A stretch of 64,000 nt of DNA from Nitrospirota bacterium (GTDB taxonomy: Bacteria; Nitrospirota; Thermodesulfovibrionia; Thermodesulfovibrionales; Dissulfurispiraceae): contig JBFLWF010000003.1 of the NCBI GenBank assembly GCA_040758355.1, positions 65,325-129,324 of the forward strand, written 5' to 3'. The position numbers were made by a program, and so were the translations under genes. The notes beneath the pieces were generated by a model. That model had not been told where the DNA came from, searched no databases, and saw nothing but the letters and a program-made list of their open reading frames with translations. Below, in pieces: positions 57,171 to 64,000 of the stretch. Each line of letters opens with the position of its first letter. The first letter of the stretch is position 1.

Positions 57171-58480
57171 TCATCATCTCCCTGCTGTTTTCCATAAAGC
57201 GCATCGAGCGGGCTTTGCGGAGCGTTTGACATATTGCGAAGAACATGCGTATATATCATAGTTGTTTCAACATTCTTGTGTCCAAGAAGTTCCTGCACTT
57301 CCCTTATATTGACGCCGTTTTGAAGCAAATGCGTAGCAAAGCTGTGGCGGAACGTATGAACAGAAGCATGTTTTGATATTCCAGACTTGTTCAAGGCATT
57401 CTTTACAGCTTCCTGTATTGCGGTATCGCTGATATGATGCCGCCCTATCTTTCCGCTTATCGAATCCACAGAAAGTTTGGACGAAGGAAAGACATATTGC
57501 CATGCCCACTCCTTCCCTGCATTAGGATATTTACGGCTTAGCGCATCAGGCAGAAAGACCTCTCCATATCCATCGGCAATATCCTGTTCGTGCAAAGACT
57601 TAACCTCTTTTAAATGTTCTTTTAGTCTCTCTTTGACTGCCGAGGGCAGAACAGTCGCTCTATCCTTGTCCCCTTTTCCGCTTCTGACAAAAATAGTGTT
57701 CGCATCGAAGTCTATATCCTTCACTCTAAGTCGGGCAAGCTCCATAAGACGCAGGCCGGAGCCGTAGAGAAGTTCGGCAATTAAACGGTTCTTGCCTGTC
57801 ATATGGGTAAAGAGACTTTTAACTTCATCCACCGAAAATACAACCGGAAGTTTCTGCCCCCTCTTTGCGCGCACAGCGCTGCCCAAGTCGCCGGTCTCTT
57901 TGCCCAACACATTGCGAAAAAGAAACAGGATTGCATTAAATGCCTGATTCTGCGTAGAAGAAGAGACCTTCTGTTTAATGGCAAGATGACTGAGAAAGTT
58001 TTTGAAATCCTCTGTCATAACATCCGATATCTTTTTCTTATTTCCTGTTTGCAACGCATAGGCAAGAAAACGCTCTATCCATTGAACATATGTCCGTTCT
58101 GTGCTGTATGAATAATGTTTCAGCCTTATGAGGCGTCTGGTTTCATTGATTATTCCGGGAATATCAACAGCAGAAGTTTCTGACAATACTTTGCTTGTCT
58201 TGCCGAGATAGTGGAAATAATAGAGCCTTATCGCATCGTCCGCCTGTCGATGCTGCCAGTCGAGAATGCGCTTATCGGTTTGCAGAATACTTAAAAATTC
58301 AATAACAGCAGGCTCATGATATTCCGTAGCGGATAGCTCATGATCCCTTGCATAATTTAAAAATCTGCTAACCCAATGGGCATAAAAAGGAGCCTTTTTG
58401 TCAGGAACAAGTTTTTTTTCCAGAAGGAACTTCTGGAACTCCGGAAGGACATCATTCGCAGAATTGGACAATTTTCCCAT
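57167..58480 (-). CDS. intI: Integron integrase with an extra N-terminal domain
   Basis: [37 protein letters not shown]; IntI-specific insert [24 protein letters not shown]...RHH. Confidence 0.97.
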   Translation of the reverse strand: MGKLSNSANDVLPEFQKFLLEKKLVPDKKAPFYAHWVSRFLNYARDHELSATEYHEPAVIEFLSILQTDKRILDWQHRQADDAIRLYYFHYLGKTSKVLSETSAVDIPGIINETRRLIRLKHYSYSTERTYVQWIERFLAYALQTGNKKKISDVMTEDFKNFLSHLAIKQKVSSSTQNQAFNAILFLFRNVLGKETGDLGSAVRAKRGQKLPVVFSVDEVKSLFTHMTGKNRLIAELLYGSGLRLMELARLRVKDIDFDANTIFVRSGKGDKDRATVLPSAVKERLKEHLKEVKSLHEQDIADGYGEVFLPDALSRKYPNAGKEWAWQYVFPSSKLSVDSISGKIGRHHISDTAIQEAVKNALNKSGISKHASVHTFRHSFATHLLQNGVNIREVQELLGHKNVETTMIYTHVLRNMSNAPQSPLDALYGKQQGDDE

Positions 58481-58574
58481 ATTATACCAACTTGCCTTTT
58501 AGTCCATATTACCACAAAATACCAAGCATTGCTATTATTTCTTGCACTAATATGCTAATATTTTGGTCATAAAG

Positions 58575-58610
58575 GGGGCAAATGCCAACTTGGCATATTA
58601 TATGTTATGA
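58575..58610 (+). other. attI site (core GTTATGA at 58604-58610)
   Basis: GTTRRRY-type core upstream of the divergent intI; exactly complementary to inverse core TCATAAC of the first attC. Left boundary is approximate. Confidence 0.7.
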
Positions 58611-58948
58611 GTAAAATTAAAACATATAAGTCCCTTAGAAGAAATTGGAAATTTGAAGAAGAATTGTGGAAAGCAATATGTTCTTTGGCTTCCAATTCCG
58701 ACAATATCAAAAAGAGACTCGAAGATGCATATAGTTACCATATTATTTATCTTGAGCCTGAATCTATTCCACATGAACATAATAGAAAGAAACTGATAAA
58801 AATAAAAAATAAACTCACGAAAAACCATACAAAGCCAGTTCACGAAGCAATCTATTATTTGCCCTTGAAATCTTGCCGTGCAATGATTTCTGACCTTTGC
58901 GATATTTACGATGAGTTTATTCATTTTGAATGGAATCAGAATCTCTGA
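58607..58948 (+). CDS. Cassette 1 hypothetical protein
   Basis: 113-aa ORF in AT-rich DNA whose ATG lies inside the attI core. Confidence 0.6.
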   Translation: MSKIKTYKSLRRNWKFEEELWKAICSLASNSDNIKKRLEDAYSYHIIYLEPESIPHEHNRKKLIKIKNKLTKNHTKPVHEAIYYLPLKSCRAMISDLCDIYDEFIHFEWNQNL

Positions 58949-59129
58949 AAAACCATATTTTAACGACAGGACGACGAGCTTCTGGTGTAACCCATATACT
59001 GACATCAGGGGGAAAACCAGATTCGTATCCGTCTGCAATGAGCTTATTCATGGCTTCTTCAATCTTCATAGCCTTGCGAGAAAAATTCCTACGCTGCTTG
59101 GCCTCTTTTGTAGTTAAAATACGAGACAT
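58917..59129 (-). CDS. Cassette 1 reverse-oriented small protein (70 aa)
   Basis: AGGAGG SD 6 nt before ATG 59129 (MSRILTTKEAKQRR...). Confidence 0.6.
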   Translation of the reverse strand: MSRILTTKEAKQRRNFSRKAMKIEEAMNKLIADGYESGFPPDVSIWVTPEARRPVVKIWFFRDSDSIQNE

Positions 59130-59140
59130 AATAAACCTCC

Positions 59141-59195
59141 TCATAACAAACGGCTCGACTGGATGCTGTCGCACCAGTCAGCCTTTGCGTTAGGC
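59141..59195 (+). other. attC1
   Basis: TCATAAC..GGCT(C)GACTGG..CCAGTCAGCC..GTTAGGC. Confidence 0.9.
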
Positions 59196-59212
59196 ATCAA
59201 CAAAATGAAAAC

Positions 59213-59524
59213 ATGAAAAAATATTTCACACCATCAACGATTACACGCCTTATTGCTTCGTTGCTTCTATTGTGGGCACTGGACCGCCATGCATATGGTT
59301 ATTATCAAATACTGCGATGGGTCGTATGTGGTGTCGGTGCCTATTCCACGTTCGTCGCAATGGAATTAGAAAAGATTTCTTGGGCGTGGGCACTTGGAAT
59401 CACAGCAGTAGTTTTCAATCCAATTATCCCTATCCACCTGAATCGAGACACTTGGGCGATAATTGACATTGCCGCTGCTATCCTCTTTGTCCTATCAACT
59501 TTCTTTGCGCGGGAAAAGCGATAA
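59213..59524 (+). CDS. Cassette 2 small membrane protein (DUF6804-like)
   Basis: YGYYQILRWVV; FNPIIPIHL.R.TW..IDI. Confidence 0.75.
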   Translation: MKKYFTPSTITRLIASLLLLWALDRHAYGYYQILRWVVCGVGAYSTFVAMELEKISWAWALGITAVVFNPIIPIHLNRDTWAIIDIAAAILFVLSTFFAREKR

Positions 59525-59529
59525 CGGCA

Positions 59530-59841
59530 ATGACGACAATACTTGCAATCGCAACAATACTCGGCGGCATAGCTGCATTAATATATTTCTGGGAAAAGTT
59601 TCAAAAGAAGGACAAATGGCACGAAGAAGATAAAATTGTGGATTCTCCATGGTGGGAATCTTCCGCCATAAAGAAAATCAAAGATTCAGAGGGTTTCACA
59701 ACATACAGGTGGTCTAATCCAGAAAAAGTCGAGGGAAGAAAAGCCGACGGTTATTCGGTAATTTACGAGGAAGATAAAAAGGACAAGACCAGATATCGGC
59801 TAATCAATAAGGGACACCAGATTCTTATAGGCAAGAAATAA
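59530..59841 (+). CDS. Cassette 2 hypothetical protein with N-terminal anchor
   Basis: 103-aa ORF with an N-terminal TM helix. Confidence 0.7.
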   Translation: MTTILAIATILGGIAALIYFWEKFQKKDKWHEEDKIVDSPWWESSAIKKIKDSEGFTTYRWSNPEKVEGRKADGYSVIYEEDKKDKTRYRLINKGHQILIGKK

Positions 59842-59853
59842 GGGGGGCAAGAT

Positions 59854-60444
59854 ATGTTGAATAAGATTGTGACTATTTTTAGCGTTCCCATTATGTTTTT
59901 AAATATGGGCGGCGGCATTGTCGGTGGCATCTGGCTTGCAATTTTGGGTGAATGGAAACTTCTCGGCATTGGTATTTTTCTTCTTTTTACTTCACATTGG
60001 ATTCTATCTTTATTAATGATGCCCAGTCTGCCAATCTCGGGGCTTGCCGTGTATTTTTACGAAAAGAAAAATCCTTTGCGTCACATAATGGGCTACATCT
60101 CTCAGCTTTATACAAACATCTTGATTGTGCTCACTTGTGTTTTTGCTTTTATTCTCTGTTCACGATTTTATTCCGGCCCTATCGGGTTCGGGCTTATTCC
60201 GTACCTGCTGTGGTCATGGGGTATGGCTTTAGGCCCTTGGCAATTTTTCGCTTCAAAAGAACCAAACAATGAGTTTTCAATGATAACCTTATTTAGTGCA
60301 TCAGTTTTCTATCTCTTGTTTTTGATCAGCCTTTTTATCAGTCCAGCACTTGCCTTCATAATCGTCGTTGCTTTTGGCGTTGTGCAATTGATCGCACTTC
60401 CTATTTTTAATATGTACCTTGCACGTCAAATGCGGGAATACTAA
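59854..60444 (+). CDS. Cassette 2 polytopic membrane protein
   Basis: 196 aa, about 6 hydrophobic segments. Confidence 0.75.
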   Translation: MLNKIVTIFSVPIMFLNMGGGIVGGIWLAILGEWKLLGIGIFLLFTSHWILSLLMMPSLPISGLAVYFYEKKNPLRHIMGYISQLYTNILIVLTCVFAFILCSRFYSGPIGFGLIPYLLWSWGMALGPWQFFASKEPNNEFSMITLFSASVFYLLFLISLFISPALAFIIVVAFGVVQLIALPIFNMYLARQMREY

Positions 60445-60465
60445 TGAAAAGGAAAAGCAAAGAAT

Positions 60466-60554
60466 GCCTAACAACCACATCGAGAGGGACGGGGAATAGC
60501 TGTCGGAGTTTTTTCATTTTTTACATTCCCCGCCCTTCATGTGAAACGTTGTGC
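60466..60554 (+). other. attC2
   Basis: GCCTAAC (complements GTTAGGC)..CACAT(C)GA..GGGGAAT/ATTCCCC..TCATGTG..GTTGTGC. Confidence 0.9.
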
Positions 60555-60587
60555 AGCCTTAAATTAACGGCATAAAGGAGAATAATA

Positions 60588-60932
60588 ATGGATAAGCTAA
60601 ACGATCTAATTAAAGTCAGCGTAATCATCGGCATATTATTAATCTCCGGTTCAATCTCATATTATTTTGTCTATTTTCTCCCTCATCAGGAAAAAGCAAA
60701 GGCACAAGCCGCCGAACAAAAAGAAGCAGAACTAAAACTGAAAGAATATGAAAGGCAAGCAAACCTCGAAACTTGTTTAAATGAGGCTGATGCCAACCAT
60801 TTAAGGTTACAAAAATTAAATGGAACAGGGCCGAAATTATCCATGCCCCTTGAACTTGCCAAAGCCTTAGATAAGAAGCATAACGATGAAAGAGATAACT
60901 GTTACAAACAATATCCTGCGGTGAAGCAGTAA
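60588..60932 (+). CDS. Cassette 3 membrane-anchored coiled-coil protein
   Basis: AAGGAG SD; TM helix, coiled coil, two Cys. Confidence 0.75.
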   Translation: MDKLNDLIKVSVIIGILLISGSISYYFVYFLPHQEKAKAQAAEQKEAELKLKEYERQANLETCLNEADANHLRLQKLNGTGPKLSMPLELAKALDKKHNDERDNCYKQYPAVKQ

Positions 60933-60948
60933 AATCAGGAGGTAATAA

Positions 60949-61677
60949 ATGAATTGGGAACCAGTAGTTCAGAAAATAACCCCCTATATTTTCAAAATAG
61001 AAACCCCTGCCGGTCATGGCACTGGCTTTCTCTATCTCTATAACGACAATAAAAGTTGGTGTGGCGTTGCTACCGCCCTTCATGTCGTTGATTATGCCAA
61101 TACATGGAAACAGCCAATTCGACTGACTCATCAAAGCTCCTCAGAGCAAATATTTTTAAAAGACTCAGAATATATCATCATTACTGATTGGAAAACTGAT
61201 TCTGCCGTGATACTTTTTCAAAAGCCTACTTTTGAACTTCCAAGCGAGCTTATAGAACTCATCCCACTCGATATGCCTCTTAGCATCGGTAACGAAGTTA
61301 GTTGGATTGGCTTCCCCGCTATCGAGCCTTACACTCTCTGCTTCTTTTCTGGAAATATCAGTGCATGGCAAGACTTCAGAAAAGCATATCTCATTGACGG
61401 TGTTGCCATTAATGGGGTTAGCGGCGGCCCCGTCGCTTTTCTCCATGCCACGGATGGGGTTAGAATCGTTGGTATTGTTTCCGCATACAGGGCAAACCGT
61501 GCTACGGGAGAAACCCTCCCTGGATTGCTTTACGCTCAAGATGTCTCTCATTTTCATGGTGTCCTCCATCAGATTCGTTCTATTGATGATGCAAATAGAA
61601 AGAAATTAGAAATAGAACAGCAGCAACAAACTGATAAAAACATTGCACAACAAAGCACTCCACAGGATGCGGCATAA
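60949..61677 (+). CDS. Cassette 3 trypsin-like serine protease
   Basis: GTGF, TALHVV (His), TDSAVI (Asp), NGVSGGP (Ser); AGGAGG SD; no signal peptide. Confidence 0.85.
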   Translation: MNWEPVVQKITPYIFKIETPAGHGTGFLYLYNDNKSWCGVATALHVVDYANTWKQPIRLTHQSSSEQIFLKDSEYIIITDWKTDSAVILFQKPTFELPSELIELIPLDMPLSIGNEVSWIGFPAIEPYTLCFFSGNISAWQDFRKAYLIDGVAINGVSGGPVAFLHATDGVRIVGIVSAYRANRATGETLPGLLYAQDVSHFHGVLHQIRSIDDANRKKLEIEQQQQTDKNIAQQSTPQDAA

Positions 61678-61710
61678 CGACCGCCGCACCTGTGAGTTTC
61701 AGCGTTGCGG
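61645..61710 (+). other. attC3 (overlaps the protease 3' end)
   Basis: GCACAAC..ACTC(C)ACAGG(A)TGCGGC..GCCGCACCTGTGAGT..GTTGCGG. Confidence 0.88.
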
Positions 61711-61799
61711 CGGCGCTGCGCGCCGCCTGGCAACGAATTAGAGAAGGTTTTAGATTTAAATATAATAAATAAAGACAATAATATTGGCGCTCCACGCCG

Positions 61800-61845
61800 C
61801 CGCAACGCCGAAGCTGAGCTTTCGCTCCAACCGATTTTGTTGGGG
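61800..61845 (-). other. Short attC-like site in inverted orientation
   Basis: Minus strand reads CCCCAAC-aaaatc-GGTT(G)GAGC-gaaa-GCTCAGCT-tcggc-GTTGCGG; both arms closely resemble those of attC4. Confidence 0.7.
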
Positions 61846-61920
61846 CTTAAAATCATATATAATTAAGGCATTAACAAACAGGAGGCTGAGCCTATACAAA
61901 TGTATTCCAGCGCAGCGCCG

Positions 61921-62018
61921 CCCCAACAAAATCGCTTGAGCGCATGTCACTACGCCTGCATTGGATGCGCCTTCGACGCTCCGCAGGCTCGTGCCAACGC
62001 TCAGCTTCGGCGTTAACC
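61921..62018 (+). other. attC4 closing a gene-less cassette
   Basis: CCCCAAC-aaaat-CGCT(T)GAGCG..GCCTGC/GCAGGC..CGCTCAGCT-tcggc-GTTAACC. Confidence 0.85.
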
Positions 62019-62034
62019 CGAGGAGATATATAAA

Positions 62035-63003
62035 ATGAAAAAATGTCCATTCTGCGCCGAGGATATCCAAGATGAGGCAATAAAATGTAAGCATTGCGGT
62101 GAATGGTTGTCCACATCGCAGGATGGACATAATGCAACACAAATGGAAGTCAATAAAGAAAAAATAAATAATGACTCGACTATAACAGCCGACGTCACGA
62201 CTGAGAGCCCATCTGTTGAAAGCCATCTCATCATGGAAGACGAAGATCCTTCAAAATACCGTCAGCTTCCAAATGCAAAGCAGTTAATCAAAAAGCCGGG
62301 GAAATATGGCTGGGGCTGGTTTCTCTTCTTTGGATTATTGGCCAATTACAATATTCGCAACGATCCTTTCAGCAGTTACTCCTTATCTTTTTTGTGGGAT
62401 GCTATGACCTTTATTCTTTTGATATTTTATTTTTGGCTTCGTACAAAGTTAATAGCAAAGTGGCAATACGCCAGATGGAAACCCGGCTTAGTCGCTGGCT
62501 TCGGCACATACGTCGTCGCAATGATTATCCTTGGGGCTATGGTTTTCTTTGATGCTAAATCTGTCAACTCGGCGATTGCCTCGGTGACTGCAAAATACAA
62601 GGATCAAACAGAATATTTCAAGCAAGAGCAAGGCAAATATCAAGAAAAACTGATCACTGAACCACAGACAACAGCCGATATAAAACAAAACATCGCGGCT
62701 ATTGATGACATTTTGAAAACTACCGTCGCAAAGCAGCAGTTTTTCCACAGCATGTTTAATGACTTTAAGACAGCGCTGAAGGATAAAAGAAACACAAAGA
62801 GCAAGAAGCCGTGGAGTGAGGTAATAGATAATATTGTCTTGCAGGCAGACAATGCCAACCGCCAACAAACAAAGGCTCTCAACCTGCTGAGGGATTACTA
62901 CACCACCGGCAATGAGCAGTCCTATCAGGAATATACAACGATTTACAAGGAAGCCGAACGATTGGCAACTGACTTTCAAAAATCCATAAAAGACACATTC
63001 TAA
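62035..63003 (+). CDS. Cassette 5 zinc-ribbon membrane protein
   Basis: CPFCAEDIQDEAIKCKHCGEWL; 3 TM helices; helical C-terminal domain; AGGAG SD. Confidence 0.85.
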   Translation: MKKCPFCAEDIQDEAIKCKHCGEWLSTSQDGHNATQMEVNKEKINNDSTITADVTTESPSVESHLIMEDEDPSKYRQLPNAKQLIKKPGKYGWGWFLFFGLLANYNIRNDPFSSYSLSFLWDAMTFILLIFYFWLRTKLIAKWQYARWKPGLVAGFGTYVVAMIILGAMVFFDAKSVNSAIASVTAKYKDQTEYFKQEQGKYQEKLITEPQTTADIKQNIAAIDDILKTTVAKQQFFHSMFNDFKTALKDKRNTKSKKPWSEVIDNIVLQADNANRQQTKALNLLRDYYTTGNEQSYQEYTTIYKEAERLATDFQKSIKDTF

Positions 63004-63024
63004 CTGCATGAAAATAACGGCAGG

Positions 63025-63115
63025 GGTTAACAAAGGCATCGAGCCGACCGGGATTAGCCTCGGCGGTTTTTTTCAAAGGCTGGTTGCCCCGGTCGGCTCA
63101 TGCCCAGCGTTATGA
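63025..63115 (+). other. attC5
   Basis: GGTTAAC..GGCAT(C)GAGCCGACCGGG..CCCGGTCGGCTCATGCC..GTTATGA. Confidence 0.92.
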
Positions 63116-63139
63116 CTACAATAAATTAAACGGAGGCAA

Positions 63140-63466
63140 ATGATGACAGAGAATTATAGTAAATCTATGCTTGATCTCCTTTATCTCTCAAAAAACCATA
63201 AAGAGCTGCGGAACATATGCGAGAATCCTGCTATCCCCAGTGAAGTGCGTAGTTATGCAGCTGGGCTATTGTGTCGTCCGTGGCTGCCTTGGGGCAAGAC
63301 CCGCAAAGTAATCTTTGTCTTGATTGTAGTAATTTCTATTCTAACAGCGATTACATTCGAGACCCCTTACTTTCTGTTATTGCTTTTAATCGCTGCGTCT
63401 TTTTCACCTCGTTTTGTTGGAGAAGTTACTTATCTGTTTGGGAAGCTTTTCAGAAGGGAATCATAG
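63140..63466 (+). CDS. Cassette 6 small membrane protein
   Basis: GGAGG SD; two TM helices. Confidence 0.7.
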   Translation: MMTENYSKSMLDLLYLSKNHKELRNICENPAIPSEVRSYAAGLLCRPWLPWGKTRKVIFVLIVVISILTAITFETPYFLLLLLIAASFSPRFVGEVTYLFGKLFRRES

Positions 63467-63482
63467 GCTCAAGGCTTTCATT

Positions 63483-63816
63483 ATGAATATCGAAGATAAG
63501 ACCATATTGCACAGCGTTATCGGTGGCATGACGACCGATTATTTTGATTTCTTCTGTAAGGAATGTGGCACTCATATTCCGTATTGATTTCTACGGTCTT
63601 GATAGCGTGGGTGTGAGGCTGATGACGAAATGTGATAATTGCGGGGAAATATCAATATTCAAAATAAAAACTACAATCCAATTAGGCCCTATCGAAACGA
63701 CATTTGAAAAGGGTAAATATGGCTTCAAAGCTTACGATAAAAGGAAACTGAAAACATATAAAAGACAAATCCAAGGCAAACTTTCAAATGACAAGAAACA
63801 TGATAGGAAGTCATAA
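63483..63816 (+). pseudogene. Cassette 6 zinc-finger-like protein with a frameshift
   Basis: ATG 63483 frame gives MNIEDK...FFCKECGTHIPY* (stop 63585-63587); the +1 frame continues RIDFYG...KCDNCGE to the TAA inside the inverse core. Confidence 0.6.
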
Positions 63817-63860
63817 CAACGGCATCGGAAATAAAAATAGGGACAGCGACTATTTTATTG
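63811..63860 (+). other. Truncated attC6 followed by a REP-like hairpin
   Basis: TCATAAC-aac-GGCATCG begins like attC5, then AAAATAG-ggacagcga-CTATTTT; no matching right arm in the window. Confidence 0.5.
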
Positions 63861-64000
63861 ACATAAAATAGAGTGGCTCATCGTGGAAGAGAGTGGGTAA
63901 ACCGATGGACTTGAAGCGGTATAACATGGCTTCAAATAATGGGGAAAGAGCTTTCAAAGGGGCGAGAAAATCCGTATGATTACCGTATGGGAAAAAATAG

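Noticed and set aside
58481..58600. LexA box and Pc promoter in the intI-attI region
   Set aside because: No CTGT-N8-ACAG or GAAC-N4-GTTC found; TTGCTA-16-TATGCT (58529-58556) is only a weak Pc candidate.
58598..59193. ORFs 58598-59038 (-), 58911-59117 (+) and 58930-59193 (+)
   Set aside because: They overlap better-supported cassette genes and lack SD sequences.
59517..59530. CGATAAC after the DUF6804-like gene as an attC inverse core
   Set aside because: No palindromic arms or GTT core follow, and the next ORF starts 5 nt after the stop.
61569..62234. Minus-strand ORFs across the attC cluster
   Set aside because: Read-through of GC-rich palindromes and antisense of neighbouring genes; no recognisable protein features.

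Overview
Bacterial chromosomal segment of moderate GC from an anaerobe. Gene content and style suggest Nitrospirota/Thermodesulfovibrionia or a Desulfobacterota-like organism; this is an impression, not a demonstrated assignment. (1) 1-31 kb is an arsenate-respiration island: arrA-arrB-arrD plus a ferredoxin gene, with no NrfD/ArrC anchor; Tat, Mo-cofactor and ModE genes downstream; an arrX-S-R-like sigma54 regulatory trio with a tandem-domain binding protein; and an 11-heme NapC/NrfH-like cytochrome whose promoter has the same sigma54 plus twin TGTTAC-N6-GTAACA architecture as arrA. (2) 31-57 kb is housekeeping DNA: pfk, the pyrR-pyrB-pyrC-carA-carB operon with a PyrR attenuator, tRNA-Ser, tilS, degP-like protease, hemW, ribD, ubiD-like decarboxylase, ndk, mdh, fabD, etfAB and acpS. 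(3) 57-64 kb is a chromosomal integron whose intI overlaps acpS, with six cassettes, one of them gene-less and carrying an inverted internal attC. Across the whole window, 7/8-bp tandem micro-repeat arrays (often inverted pairs) sit between genes and in frame inside core enzymes. There are also three MITE-like inverted-repeat elements. All calls are by eye; no database searches were run.
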